From positions 928,001-992,000 of the forward strand of contig CAXVYR010000003.1 in assembly GCA_963666975.2 (NCBI GenBank): a DNA stretch of 64,000 nucleotides. Reading direction: 5' to 3'. The notes below the pieces were generated by a model. It was given only the letters and a program-made list of their open reading frames with translations. It was not told the DNA's origin and ran no database searches. The position numbers and the translations under genes were made by a program. Shown piece by piece: positions 47,902 through 57,495 of the stretch; position 1 is the first letter of the stretch; each line of letters starts with the position of its first letter. Source of the DNA: Terriglobia bacterium. GTDB lineage: Bacteria > Acidobacteriota > Terriglobia > 2-12-FULL-54-10.

Positions 47902-48882
47902 ATGGTCGATCCGGAAAAAGCCAGACTGGAGTTGGAAGGCATCGAGCAGGAAATCGAGGCCTTGGCAAAGAATTCACCCGGCGCAGAGGCTCAGCCCGAT
48001 GTGGATACCGCCAATCGGATCGAGCAGCTCACCGGACAACTGAACCAACTCAGAGCGGAACTCGCCGCCCACCCGTCTCCCTGGAACCGCGTGCAGATGG
48101 CGCGCCATCCCCAGCGGCCTTACACCCTGGAATACGCGAAGTACCTCTTCCAGGATTTTGCAGAGCTGCACGGCGACAGGGCTTTTGGAGACGATCCCGC
48201 CCTGGTTGCCGGACTGGCGCAGTTTCACGGCCGCCCCGTCGCCGTGGTTGGCCACCAAAAAGGGCGCGACACGACGCAAAAGCTTCGCCGGAACTTTGGA
48301 ATGCCGAAGCCGGAGGGTTACCGCAAGGCTCTGCGAATTATGCGCATGGCAGCCAAGTTCAACCGGCCCATTTTCACCTTTGTGGACACGCCGGGAGCCT
48401 ATCCGGGCATTGGCTCCGAAGAACGGGGCCAAGCGGAAGCCATTGCCAGAAATCTCCTCGAGATGGCACGTCTCCCGGTCCCGATCCTTGTCACCATCAC
48501 AGGAGAAGGCGGCAGCGGGGGAGCTTTGGCGATTGCGATCGGCGATCGCATTCTGATGCTGGAAAACTCCGTCTACAGCGTGATCTCCCCAGAGGGTTGT
48601 GCTTCGATCACTTGGAGAGATGGGAAGAAGGCAGAACAGGCAGCCGACGCGCTGAAGATCACGGCCCAGGACCTGGACTCTCTCGGCATCGTGGACCAAA
48701 TTGTCCCGGAGCCGCCCGGAGGAGCACAGACCGACCAGGAAAAGATGGCACAGATCTTGGACCCATTGCTCGAACAGGCACTACAGGAAGTCCAGCGCTT
48801 GCCGGTTCCGGAGTTGCTGGAAAAGCGTTATCAGAAGTTCCGGCATATCGGCCAATTCTTCCGCGATACGAGCGCAAGCTGA
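47902..48882 (+). CDS. accA: acetyl-CoA carboxylase carboxyltransferase alpha subunit
   Basis: ARHPQRP, ELHGDR, NFGMPKPEGYRKA, GEGGSGGALA, YSVISPEGCA. Confidence 0.97.
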   Translation: MVDPEKARLELEGIEQEIEALAKNSPGAEAQPDVDTANRIEQLTGQLNQLRAELAAHPSPWNRVQMARHPQRPYTLEYAKYLFQDFAELHGDRAFGDDPALVAGLAQFHGRPVAVVGHQKGRDTTQKLRRNFGMPKPEGYRKALRIMRMAAKFNRPIFTFVDTPGAYPGIGSEERGQAEAIARNLLEMARLPVPILVTITGEGGSGGALAIAIGDRILMLENSVYSVISPEGCASITWRDGKKAEQAADALKITAQDLDSLGIVDQIVPEPPGGAQTDQEKMAQILDPLLEQALQEVQRLPVPELLEKRYQKFRHIGQFFRDTSAS

Positions 48883-49105
48883 CGGTTGTTCCTCTGCTCC
48901 CCAGACAGCAGCTCTTTTTTATGGACCTCTTCTTGCTGCAAACCATTCTGGCTGACTCGGAAATTCGGACCCGGCAAATCGCCGGGGCATCTCCGGCAAA
49001 AATTAATTTGCGACGGAAAGCCTGTTTCGTCATCTAAAAATAGGGTGATTGGAGCAGGATCAGTTTTGGAATTGGGCGCTGAAGGCGAAACCCGGCAATA
49101 ACAAG

Positions 49106-49834
49106 TTGATTACCGTTATCATTCCCACTCTAAACGAAGAAGACTCTCTGGCTCAGACGCTGGAATCGCTGAGTGCGGCCAGGGGCCAGTTTGAAATGAT
49201 TGTCGTCGACGGACAGAGCACCGATTCGACACGTGACATCGCTGCCCGTTATTGCCGGACCCTCGCCTGTCCACCCCACCGGGCGATGCAAATGAATCAC
49301 GGGGCAGAAGAGGCTCAGGGCGAGGTGCTTTTGTTTCTGCACGCGGACGTGGTCTTTCCCGCAACTGGAATTCTTTCCGTGGAAGCGGCGCTGGCCGACC
49401 CGCAGATCGTCGGGGGCAATTTTGACATTCTGTACGAAGGTCCCGGCATGGCCAGCAGCCTCTTTACGGCCATCAACCGGTGGCGCAGGCCCTTCGGCAT
49501 CTTTTATGGCGACTCGGGAATCTTCGTGCGGCGCGAAGTGTTCCAGGCTATGGGCGGATTCCGGACCCTGCCGCTCATGGAAGATTTCGATTTCGCGCGG
49601 CGTCTCGTGAAGTCCAGCAAAACGGTTTGTCTGAAGGATTCTCTGCTCGTCTCTGCCCGGCGATGGGAGGAGCACGGAGTGTTCCACACGATGGCTGCCT
49701 GGTTCTTCCTGCAAACTTTTTTCTTGCTGGGCGTCCCGGCACACCTCCTGGCCCGATACTACCTCCCGATTCGCCGCCAGTCGCTCGCCTCCGAGACGGT
49801 TCTCGAATCCGCCAAAGTGGAATCGAAACTGTAA
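49106..49834 (+). CDS. GT2 glycosyltransferase, TIGR04283-like
   Basis: VIIPTLNEE, VVDGQSTD, RA.QMN.GA, LLFLHAD, YGDSGIF, LMED, SARRW; start uncertain. Confidence 0.85.
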   Translation: MITVIIPTLNEEDSLAQTLESLSAARGQFEMIVVDGQSTDSTRDIAARYCRTLACPPHRAMQMNHGAEEAQGEVLLFLHADVVFPATGILSVEAALADPQIVGGNFDILYEGPGMASSLFTAINRWRRPFGIFYGDSGIFVRREVFQAMGGFRTLPLMEDFDFARRLVKSSKTVCLKDSLLVSARRWEEHGVFHTMAAWFFLQTFFLLGVPAHLLARYYLPIRRQSLASETVLESAKVESKL

Positions 49835-49882
49835 TTTCTTTCCAGAAAGCTAGCCGAGAAAAACCTGTCGATGTGCCGCAGT

Positions 49883-50347
49883 TCACTTTTCCGCAGAAGT
49901 GGTTTGGGAAATCTCGGCTCCCGTCAACCCCGCGCCCGGCAAATAGATACGGGGCCAGATCGCGAGGGTGAAGGCCAGTATTCCTCCCACTTGCAAGAAC
50001 GCCGAAGCGGCTAACACAAGATTTCCAAGCAAGGCTGGAAACAGCAAAGCGGCGCTTCTCACCGCCAGTCCCACGCTCAGCAGTAGGTACGCCGCCCAGG
50101 CCAGCGGGTCACGAGCGGCCTTCTGGCGGCTCTCGCCACTCCTGCGCGGGAACATCCACAAGGCCACCCCGCAAACCATGTTCAGGAAGAAGCCGATTCC
50201 CAGCCAATGGATGTGCACCGTAAAGAGCTTTTCGTGTGGCGACGACACTACCCCCGCTTGTCCCAGCAACATCCACCCTCCTGCCGTTGCCCCCAGTAGC
50301 AACCAGATCAAAGCAGTCTTGATGAACAAGCGGTGAATCAGCAGCAT
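49883..50347 (-). CDS. four-helix membrane protein (heme-copper oxidase subunit I-like fragment family)
   Basis: FIKTAL.W, H.HW...GF...M..GVALWMFPR. Confidence 0.65.
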   Translation of the reverse strand: MLLIHRLFIKTALIWLLLGATAGGWMLLGQAGVVSSPHEKLFTVHIHWLGIGFFLNMVCGVALWMFPRRSGESRQKAARDPLAWAAYLLLSVGLAVRSAALLFPALLGNLVLAASAFLQVGGILAFTLAIWPRIYLPGAGLTGAEISQTTSAEK

Positions 50348-50489
50348 TCGGCCAACTCCAACAAAGATTTTTTGCGCCAGGACTCCCTAATCGTGAAGCA
50401 TTGCCACACAGCGGAGCAGAAAAAACGCTGCGCCTCATATTGCTCGCTCCGTGGAGATGCCTGCCACTTAGTTTTAATTCCTGCAGTGG

Positions 50490-51884
50490 TTATTCCGAAG
50501 ATTTTTTCCGATCCGGAGTTTCGATGCTGGAAGCGGCGGCTGCCCGGTAGCCGATTACGGCGTAGTCCATGCCGCCGAAGTAAGTTTCGTTGAATTGCAT
50601 CACAGCGGCATTCCAGGCCTGCAACGAGTCCGCTTCAATCACATGGGATTCGAGCTGGGGAATCACTGCCAGTCCGCCTGCCGCAGGGGAAAGAAAATGT
50701 GTCGTGATCTTCCTCAGGCCAGCCTCAGCAAACAGGAACCGCAATTGAGCGGGCGGAACAGGCCGGACATGGGTCGGATCAAGAAAAAACGTCTTGCTGA
50801 AAATTGCCAGGCACTCGGGATTTTGCGTCTCCACTGCAAATATTCCCGCAGGAGCCAGTTTTGCCGCGCACCGGGACACCAAGCGGATGTATGCCTGCGG
50901 CTCCAGATGCTCCACAAACTGCGCGCAAAAAATTCCGTCTAACGAGCCGTCGGGCACGGTCTCCAGATAGCTGAAAACATCTGCTTCGACCGCATCGAGA
51001 CCTTTTTCCAAACAACAGCCCACCATGTCCGGGCTCAAGTCAATTCCCCGGCATCCTGCCCCTGCCTCGCGCATCAGTTCCAGAAATTCGCCCCGGCCGC
51101 AGGCGATATCCAGCACGTTCTTCCGGTCTTGAAACAATGGCAGGTAGAAACGCTGGCGGGCACGCACCTCGTCCTCCGTCCCGCGAAAATGCCGCTCCAA
51201 TTGAAAGTAGTCGATTCCCGAAGGGAGCGTCGCCTTTCCGCTGCTTCCTGAACCCGAATCGGCAACCACCGCGCGAGCGTCATCCGTTCTGGCTTGAGCC
51301 ACTCTCGCCTGGGCGGTTATACGCTGGCGCAGGATACGAAGCTCTTCGTGAATTTGCTCCTGCAGGGATTCCAGAAGCTCAAAGGTGCGATCCTGCAATG
51401 CAGTAGATTGCCGCGCCATGACGCCGTCATAAGTCCATCGATGCAGCTTCATTTGCTCTTCAAAATGTGCGCGCAACTCGTCCATTTCCTGTCCTAAAAC
51501 ACGATTGGAATGTTTCAGGGAATCAGTCAGAACTGTGAGATTTCTGTTGTGGTCCTGAAGAACCTCTGTAACTCCCGCCAGCGACTCTACCACTGCGTGA
51601 TTAAAATCTCTCTGGGGACGGACCAGCCAACCTAGAAGCCGTGCGAGTGTATTTTTGCATACCTGGACCAGGTCATTTGCGAAGCTCGAAGGCCGCGGGT
51701 TCACAGTCCCAATCGCGGATGCAAGTCGGCCGGCCTCCGCCTGCGACTTCTTGAGGGGCCCGGTGGACGGCAGGTTCAACTCGGGGTCCTCGGGGACCAC
51801 CCTCGCCAGCTTCCTGGCAAGTCGTTCCCGGATTTCGTGGAGCAACCCGGCCAGTTCCGTGTTTTGCTGATTGTTGGCAGACAT
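50490..51884 (-). CDS. coiled-coil SAM methyltransferase (glycan chain-terminator-like)
   Basis: long coiled coil; FRG....V..RQ..Y, VLDIACGRGEFL, QFVEHL, FFLDPTH. Confidence 0.85.
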   Translation of the reverse strand: MSANNQQNTELAGLLHEIRERLARKLARVVPEDPELNLPSTGPLKKSQAEAGRLASAIGTVNPRPSSFANDLVQVCKNTLARLLGWLVRPQRDFNHAVVESLAGVTEVLQDHNRNLTVLTDSLKHSNRVLGQEMDELRAHFEEQMKLHRWTYDGVMARQSTALQDRTFELLESLQEQIHEELRILRQRITAQARVAQARTDDARAVVADSGSGSSGKATLPSGIDYFQLERHFRGTEDEVRARQRFYLPLFQDRKNVLDIACGRGEFLELMREAGAGCRGIDLSPDMVGCCLEKGLDAVEADVFSYLETVPDGSLDGIFCAQFVEHLEPQAYIRLVSRCAAKLAPAGIFAVETQNPECLAIFSKTFFLDPTHVRPVPPAQLRFLFAEAGLRKITTHFLSPAAGGLAVIPQLESHVIEADSLQAWNAAVMQFNETYFGGMDYAVIGYRAAAASSIETPDRKKSSE

Positions 51885-51917
51885 GGAGAAAACCTCCCCT
51901 TCGGGATGAGCGCCTCC

Positions 51918-53183
51918 TCAAGCGGGCATCGGAGACCGCGAAGGCAGCTTGCGGGTTGTCACGCGCGCGTGCAGATTGGCAACCCCGGCTGTGCGTCGCG
52001 AGTCGATCACGTGAAACGATAATACTCCGTCCAGCCAGTCATGGCTGGTTCCGTCGGGCGATTGGGTGGCAACCGTCAATGTGTACTCCTGCGGCGTCAG
52101 CCAGCAGGGAAACGCAAAACTCACCTCGCAAAATTCACCCGGCTGCCCCGGCCCCGGGGAAGCATCTTCCAGCTCTGTGTTGGTGCCGAAAACATCCATT
52201 CCGATTCGGGTGCGGATCATCATTCCTACCACCGGGCGAGGGTGATGGTCCCGGAAGTAAACCAGCACGCGAACCCGCATACTCTCTCCGGAATGAAACA
52301 CCTGGGTCGGCCGGTTGGTTTCATTTGAAAGCTCCACCTTCACTACGACCACCTGACGGTCCCCATGACGATAGGAATACTGCAAATTTTCCAGGGACTC
52401 CGCTGCCGGATCGGAGAGCATCGGCGGCGGAGTTGCCTGCGCGAAAGCCCTCTGCCGCTCCAGCACAAGACCATTGTAGCGATTCACGACATCGTCCGGG
52501 TCGCCTTCGGCCAGGATGTGCCCGTCCATAAGAAGGACCGCCCGGTCACAAAGCAGTTTCACCAGCCCTACGTCGTGGGTGACCAACAGCACGGTGACAC
52601 CCCGGCGTTTTAACTGCTCGAATGTCTGAATGCAACGGTTGACAAAGATGGCATCTCCTACCGCCAGCACTTCATCCACCACCAGAATCTCCGGATCCAC
52701 ATGAATGGCGGCGGCAAAGGCCAGACGCACGTACATCCCTGTAGAGTAGGTTTTCACGGGCCGGTTCATGAAGTCGCCGATCTCGGCGAAGCTCTCAATC
52801 CGGGAGAAATTCTGCTGGATCTCCTGCCGGGAGAGCCCCATAATTTCGCCGTTGAGAAAAACGTTCTCTCGCCCCGTAAATTCCGGGTTGAAGCCGGCCC
52901 CGAGCGAAAGCAGGGCCGCAATCCGGCCCCGTGTCAGCACGCGCCCCCGCGTCGGTTCCAGCATGCCGGTGACAATCTCCAGCAGCGTGCTCTTGCCGGA
53001 GCCGTTCGGCCCGATGATGCCCAGAACCCCGCCCCGTTCCACATTGAAGCTGATCCCTTCCAGTGCCCAGAACTCCTCGTGATAGGAGCGCCGTCCGAAG
53101 GTAAGAATTTCTTTCAGACGAGCAGCAGGAGCGGGATAGAGCCGGTACATCTTGGCAACATTACGCGCTTGAATGGCAAACAT
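51918..53183 (-). CDS. wzt: ABC polysaccharide exporter ATPase with C-terminal carbohydrate-binding domain
   Basis: GPNGSGKST, GFNPEFTGREN, YSTGM..RLAF, DEVLAVGD; Wzt_C-like beta domain. Confidence 0.93.
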   Translation of the reverse strand: MFAIQARNVAKMYRLYPAPAARLKEILTFGRRSYHEEFWALEGISFNVERGGVLGIIGPNGSGKSTLLEIVTGMLEPTRGRVLTRGRIAALLSLGAGFNPEFTGRENVFLNGEIMGLSRQEIQQNFSRIESFAEIGDFMNRPVKTYSTGMYVRLAFAAAIHVDPEILVVDEVLAVGDAIFVNRCIQTFEQLKRRGVTVLLVTHDVGLVKLLCDRAVLLMDGHILAEGDPDDVVNRYNGLVLERQRAFAQATPPPMLSDPAAESLENLQYSYRHGDRQVVVVKVELSNETNRPTQVFHSGESMRVRVLVYFRDHHPRPVVGMMIRTRIGMDVFGTNTELEDASPGPGQPGEFCEVSFAFPCWLTPQEYTLTVATQSPDGTSHDWLDGVLSFHVIDSRRTAGVANLHARVTTRKLPSRSPMPA

Positions 53184-54508
53184 CAGATCAAATCCGCAAA
53201 AGACTTCTTCACTTTGTAGAACCATGCATGCCCGCCAAAAAACGCCGCTACAGAAACAACCCACAGGGTGGCGAGAGGACCCCAGTCCGGCGGCGAGTTT
53301 TCGAGCATGATGGCGCGATAGGCTCCCACGATGGCGTACATCGGGTTCTTTTCAAACAGCCAGAGATAGGATTCCGGCAGTGCCGTCGCCGGATAACAGA
53401 TCGGCGTTATAAAAAACCACACCGTTAGCAAGAATCCCAGGATATGACCCGTATCCCTCAAAAAAACTCCCAGCGCCGCCAGAAACCAGCAGAGTCCCAC
53501 AGTCAGCAAAAACTGCGGAACGAGAACCAGCGGGAAGTAGGCCGCGGTCGCGGGGATTCCAGCTCCCAGCGCCACCAAGGCCACCAGAAAAAGTAACAGC
53601 CCGAAAAACTCCGTTACCAGACCCGCGAGCGTCAAGTTCAGAGGAAGAATCTCCAGAGGAAAGAGCACACGCTTGACAAAATTACCGTGATCCATCACGG
53701 TGGTGGCGGATCGCCCCACCGCCTCGCTGAAAGCCATCCACGGCAGCATGCCACAAAGAAAATAGAGAACAAATCCAGCAGAGCCCTGCTCGGCGCGAAA
53801 ACGGACCCGCAAAACGACAGAAAACACAAAGTAGTAGGCCAGCATCAGCAGCAGCGGATGGAGAATGGTCCAAAGAGCGCCGCCGAACGAACCCCGGTAG
53901 CGACCCAGAACGTCTCGCCGCACCATTGAAAAAATGAGAGAGCGGCGATGCGTCAGGGTGCGCAAGGGATACCAAAACGCCCGCAACAGCGACCGCAGGA
54001 TACGGCGCGCCCGCATGCGGGCGCGAGTAGTGCGCTGAACACGCTGCACGGTGACATTCTCCGGGCTGGAGGCGACTTCCAAAAACACAAACTCCGAACC
54101 GCACTCGTAAAACCAGCCGACCTGCTCCTCTACTGGAGAGATCACAACATGGTACCGGCCTTCCTCGGGAGGCAACTGAATCTCCGCCGTTGCCTCGCAT
54201 TTTTCTCCCGGCTTACAGTCGCCTCCCAGGCTGGCTCGGGCGCCGTCTATCAGCAGCAGCCCGGTCTGGGCATCGAAGACGTGATAGCCGAGATGAACCG
54301 GGCCCGCCTCGACTGCTCTCCCATCATCCGAGCCGTTTTCCCGCGACACCGCCCGCTCTGTCCAAACCATTCTGCTGGAGTTTTCAATCGTGCAATGCAC
54401 ATAGATCCGGCAAGGCCCATCGGTCCGGACCTGAGTTCGGAGAAACCGAGCGCGGTATGAACGGGTAGATTTTGCCGACGGCATTGTGTTGATTACTCTC
54501 TCCAGCAC
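53183..54508 (-). CDS. wzm: ABC polysaccharide exporter permease with an extra N-terminal Ig-like domain
   Basis: RYRGSFGG.LW...PL, GMLPW.AF, VKRVLFP, W.F.TPI.Y, NPM, FADLI; start uncertain (54508 or 54484). Confidence 0.9.
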   Translation of the reverse strand: MLERVINTMPSAKSTRSYRARFLRTQVRTDGPCRIYVHCTIENSSRMVWTERAVSRENGSDDGRAVEAGPVHLGYHVFDAQTGLLLIDGARASLGGDCKPGEKCEATAEIQLPPEEGRYHVVISPVEEQVGWFYECGSEFVFLEVASSPENVTVQRVQRTTRARMRARRILRSLLRAFWYPLRTLTHRRSLIFSMVRRDVLGRYRGSFGGALWTILHPLLLMLAYYFVFSVVLRVRFRAEQGSAGFVLYFLCGMLPWMAFSEAVGRSATTVMDHGNFVKRVLFPLEILPLNLTLAGLVTEFFGLLLFLVALVALGAGIPATAAYFPLVLVPQFLLTVGLCWFLAALGVFLRDTGHILGFLLTVWFFITPICYPATALPESYLWLFEKNPMYAIVGAYRAIMLENSPPDWGPLATLWVVSVAAFFGGHAWFYKVKKSFADLI

Positions 54509-54598
54509 TCTATCGGGACGCGTGTCGTATTGTGCAAAGCGAGCATCGCTCCGCTTCTTGCATGCTTCCTCGCACGTTGCGAATTATTCCATAAGCAG

Positions 54599-56668
54599 CT
54601 ACGGAGAATAGTATAGCTCTCTGGGCCACCGTTCCCGGACCTGGCCGACCTTCCGTCCCACGCAGTAAATGATCTCTCCCCGCAGCGCCGGCGAGAATTG
54701 ATCTGCCTCCAGCAATTTTCCGGCGCATTCGGAAATGGGTTCCTCATTGCCGTAGTCGCCGGTTTCCAACAAAGTTACTTTGAAACCGGCTGCATCCATA
54801 AGCAAAGCGACTTCGCGTGGCGCATATTCTCTGCTGTGCCGGGGGTCCGCCCTGCCTTCTTCGTCCGGCTTGATGTACGCGTGGAACAGCCCCGGGTGGT
54901 AACCGTGCAGGACGGCGCGAACACTGCGCAAACTGGTTACGTTCGGCGTGCTGAGCACCAGATGCCCTCCGGGCGCGAGAATGCGGTTGATTTCCCCCAT
55001 CATGTGCATGGGGTCGGCTGCCAGGTGTTCGAGCAACTCGCAGCACAAGACAGTATGGAAATAGCCGTCCGCATACGGAAACCGATCCCGCTCCACATCA
55101 AACAGGTCAACGGGACAAGTAAACACCTCTCCGCCCGGGGCTGTTGCAGCCCGGTAATCAGTTCTTCCCGCCGGGCCATAATATGCGCCCCTGACTTCCC
55201 CGTACTTCAAATACTTTCGGAGTGCCGGAGTCAAATGCAAATAGCAGCCCAATTCCAACACCCGGCCTTCGGCATGGCCGGCAGGAGTAATCTCAACTGT
55301 ATGCGCCAAGCGATTGCGGTGCAGGAGCACATATTCTTCCATCATCGGAGATGCATGAGAAAACCCGACAATGTATTCCTCCAGTTCTTCCTTGGAAACA
55401 TCAGTGCGGCAAGGCTCCTCTCCAGTAACTCCGGAGACTTGCTGTGGCTCCGAGTTCCTCCTGGCGGGTTCACTGGCGGCACACTGCTTGAGAAATTCAA
55501 CATACTCTGCCGCCACTTTCGGCCATGCACATTCTTGCGCCGCGTACGCTGAGGCACGCTCTCCAATCGCTCGGGCCAGGACGGGTTCCCCCAAAAGAAG
55601 CCGCATGTACTCAAAAAGCCAGTCGATTTCCCTTTCTCCCACCGGAATCTTCACGGCGACATCGTCGGGAAGCTCAACGAACGTCCCAATCTCGGAAACT
55701 AATGCAGGCTTGCCCAGCGCCATCACCCGCAAAAAACTGCCGGAAGTTTCGCCGGCAGTCGGTCCGCGCAGGTTGACGCAGATATCACAGGCCGCCATGC
55801 AGTCCACAAAAGTTTCCAGCGCAACATAGCCCAGGATATGGACGGCGTCCTCAATCTCCAATTCCGCAATCAAGGGCCGCAGTGGATATTGCGGGTGCTC
55901 TTCACCCACCAGCACCAGCTTGGCTTTGGGGTACAACTTGTGGAGACGCGCAAATGCCCGCAGCACTTGGTGGATTCTCTTGTAGGGCTTCAAAAAACCG
56001 AAGACGCCCAGGACCGGCGTGCCATTGTCCAAGGGAAGCCCGGCGAGTTGCGCCAGGCGGCGGCGCGCTTTTCCTGTATCCACAGCGGATATTTCGACCC
56101 CGTGCTGGATTTTACGGAGAGGGAGAGGGAACCCATTTCCCTGTACCTGGCGCACCACATAATCACTGTGGACAATTGCTCCCCGGCTTTGTTCCAGCAA
56201 CCGGCGGTTCATGGCGATATTGTCATAGTCGGGTTCTTGCAAGCCTTCCCTGACACTTTGCGCCCGTTCCAGGGCAGCAAGGCCGGCATTGTATTCGACT
56301 TCCCGGAAGTATCCCTCCCAATCCTGACGGGCGATCGTGACATTAGCCAGCAGGTGGTGCAGATTGAATTCATGGAGCACCAGCACGCCAGGTATCCGCA
56401 ACGCCAAATTGTAGATATAGACGTGGTAGGGGTTGTTTCCGATGTGATAGAGCACTACGTCATAGCGCCCGGCGCGATACTCCGGCTCAAATTCCCGGTA
56501 ATGCCGAACCCGCAGCCGGTCGCAGAGCAGCGGGTTGGAAGGCTCGTAATCCTCGATGAAAACGTCCACCCGGTCCACTTGCGCTGCTAAGTGCGGCAAA
56601 AGGGCTTCACAGTAATCTGAGATGCCGGACGGTTTCGGATTCAGGGACGAGAAAAACGCAATGCGCAT
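54599..56668 (-). CDS. GT4 glycosyltransferase fused to a SAM methyltransferase
   Basis: SGISDY, YHIGNNPYH, FGFLKPYKR, GETSG; C-terminal VLELGC, CELLEHL, LSTPN, HSREY. Confidence 0.88.
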   Translation of the reverse strand: MRIAFFSSLNPKPSGISDYCEALLPHLAAQVDRVDVFIEDYEPSNPLLCDRLRVRHYREFEPEYRAGRYDVVLYHIGNNPYHVYIYNLALRIPGVLVLHEFNLHHLLANVTIARQDWEGYFREVEYNAGLAALERAQSVREGLQEPDYDNIAMNRRLLEQSRGAIVHSDYVVRQVQGNGFPLPLRKIQHGVEISAVDTGKARRRLAQLAGLPLDNGTPVLGVFGFLKPYKRIHQVLRAFARLHKLYPKAKLVLVGEEHPQYPLRPLIAELEIEDAVHILGYVALETFVDCMAACDICVNLRGPTAGETSGSFLRVMALGKPALVSEIGTFVELPDDVAVKIPVGEREIDWLFEYMRLLLGEPVLARAIGERASAYAAQECAWPKVAAEYVEFLKQCAASEPARRNSEPQQVSGVTGEEPCRTDVSKEELEEYIVGFSHASPMMEEYVLLHRNRLAHTVEITPAGHAEGRVLELGCYLHLTPALRKYLKYGEVRGAYYGPAGRTDYRAATAPGGEVFTCPVDLFDVERDRFPYADGYFHTVLCCELLEHLAADPMHMMGEINRILAPGGHLVLSTPNVTSLRSVRAVLHGYHPGLFHAYIKPDEEGRADPRHSREYAPREVALLMDAAGFKVTLLETGDYGNEEPISECAGKLLEADQFSPALRGEIIYCVGRKVGQVRERWPRELYYSP

Positions 56669-56766
56669 GGTCGAAGAGAAGGTTCGGATGGAGAATTCCA
56701 GGCGGTTGTCCGGTTTCCGTTATTGTTTGTAGCACACAGGTCGCAGGAATCAGGGATTTGCGTTGC

Positions 56767-57495
56767 TCACTCCATCTCGGCGGAAAATACCGCCAGAGGA
56801 AACGCGACCCGGACCCGCACAGGTTTGGGAGTCGCATCGGTCGAAATCCACAGTTCAACGGTTCGCTCCGAATTGGGCCCCCTGTATGTCACCATATACT
56901 TTTCCGCAGGCCACTGCCGCCCGCCCGCCTTCACTGTTTCGGGCCCCGCCGCTTCAATCTGCAAGCTGAAGTTAGCCCCCAAATGGAATGTTCCCGAGTC
57001 TAAGGTCTTGCCCAAAGCGAGCTGGTTGCGAAAATAATAAAGAACCGCCAACGGGTCTCGGGCGCACTCCGGGATGGACGCTGAGGTTGTTTGATCTCCC
57101 CTCGTTCGCCGCGCCAGGTGCGCCGTCTGGTCAAATTCTATCGACTCGTCTAACGTCTTCGATCCCCTGCGGGTATTTCCCCGAAATTGGAGGGAACAGA
57201 GGCCATCCTTCGTGGCGACGGAGGAGGAAGAGCGGCTGATGTTGTACTGAGGCAAGCCAGCTTCTACCGTAAGCTGAAAATGCAGCTCCTCTCCCGAGAA
57301 AGAGCCGTGCAAGACAGCTTCGCCCAGTGTCGCCCCGCTCGGCCAAAGAAGCCTGTACGTCAAGCTCTCTTCCTCGTCAAACAGCGAAAAAGGCGCTTCG
57401 CCTTCTTCCGCTGCAGCAGCAGCGCCGGACATTCCTGCGACCGCGCAGCCCAACAACAAGACGGCTCCCCATAAATATTTATTAAGCCAAATCAA
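56767..57495 (-). CDS. secreted DUF3108-like protein
   Basis: signal peptide; E.LTY...W, DPLA..YY.R, LWISTD...PVR. Confidence 0.7.
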   Translation of the reverse strand: MIWLNKYLWGAVLLLGCAVAGMSGAAAAAEEGEAPFSLFDEEESLTYRLLWPSGATLGEAVLHGSFSGEELHFQLTVEAGLPQYNISRSSSSVATKDGLCSLQFRGNTRRGSKTLDESIEFDQTAHLARRTRGDQTTSASIPECARDPLAVLYYFRNQLALGKTLDSGTFHLGANFSLQIEAAGPETVKAGGRQWPAEKYMVTYRGPNSERTVELWISTDATPKPVRVRVAFPLAVFSAEME

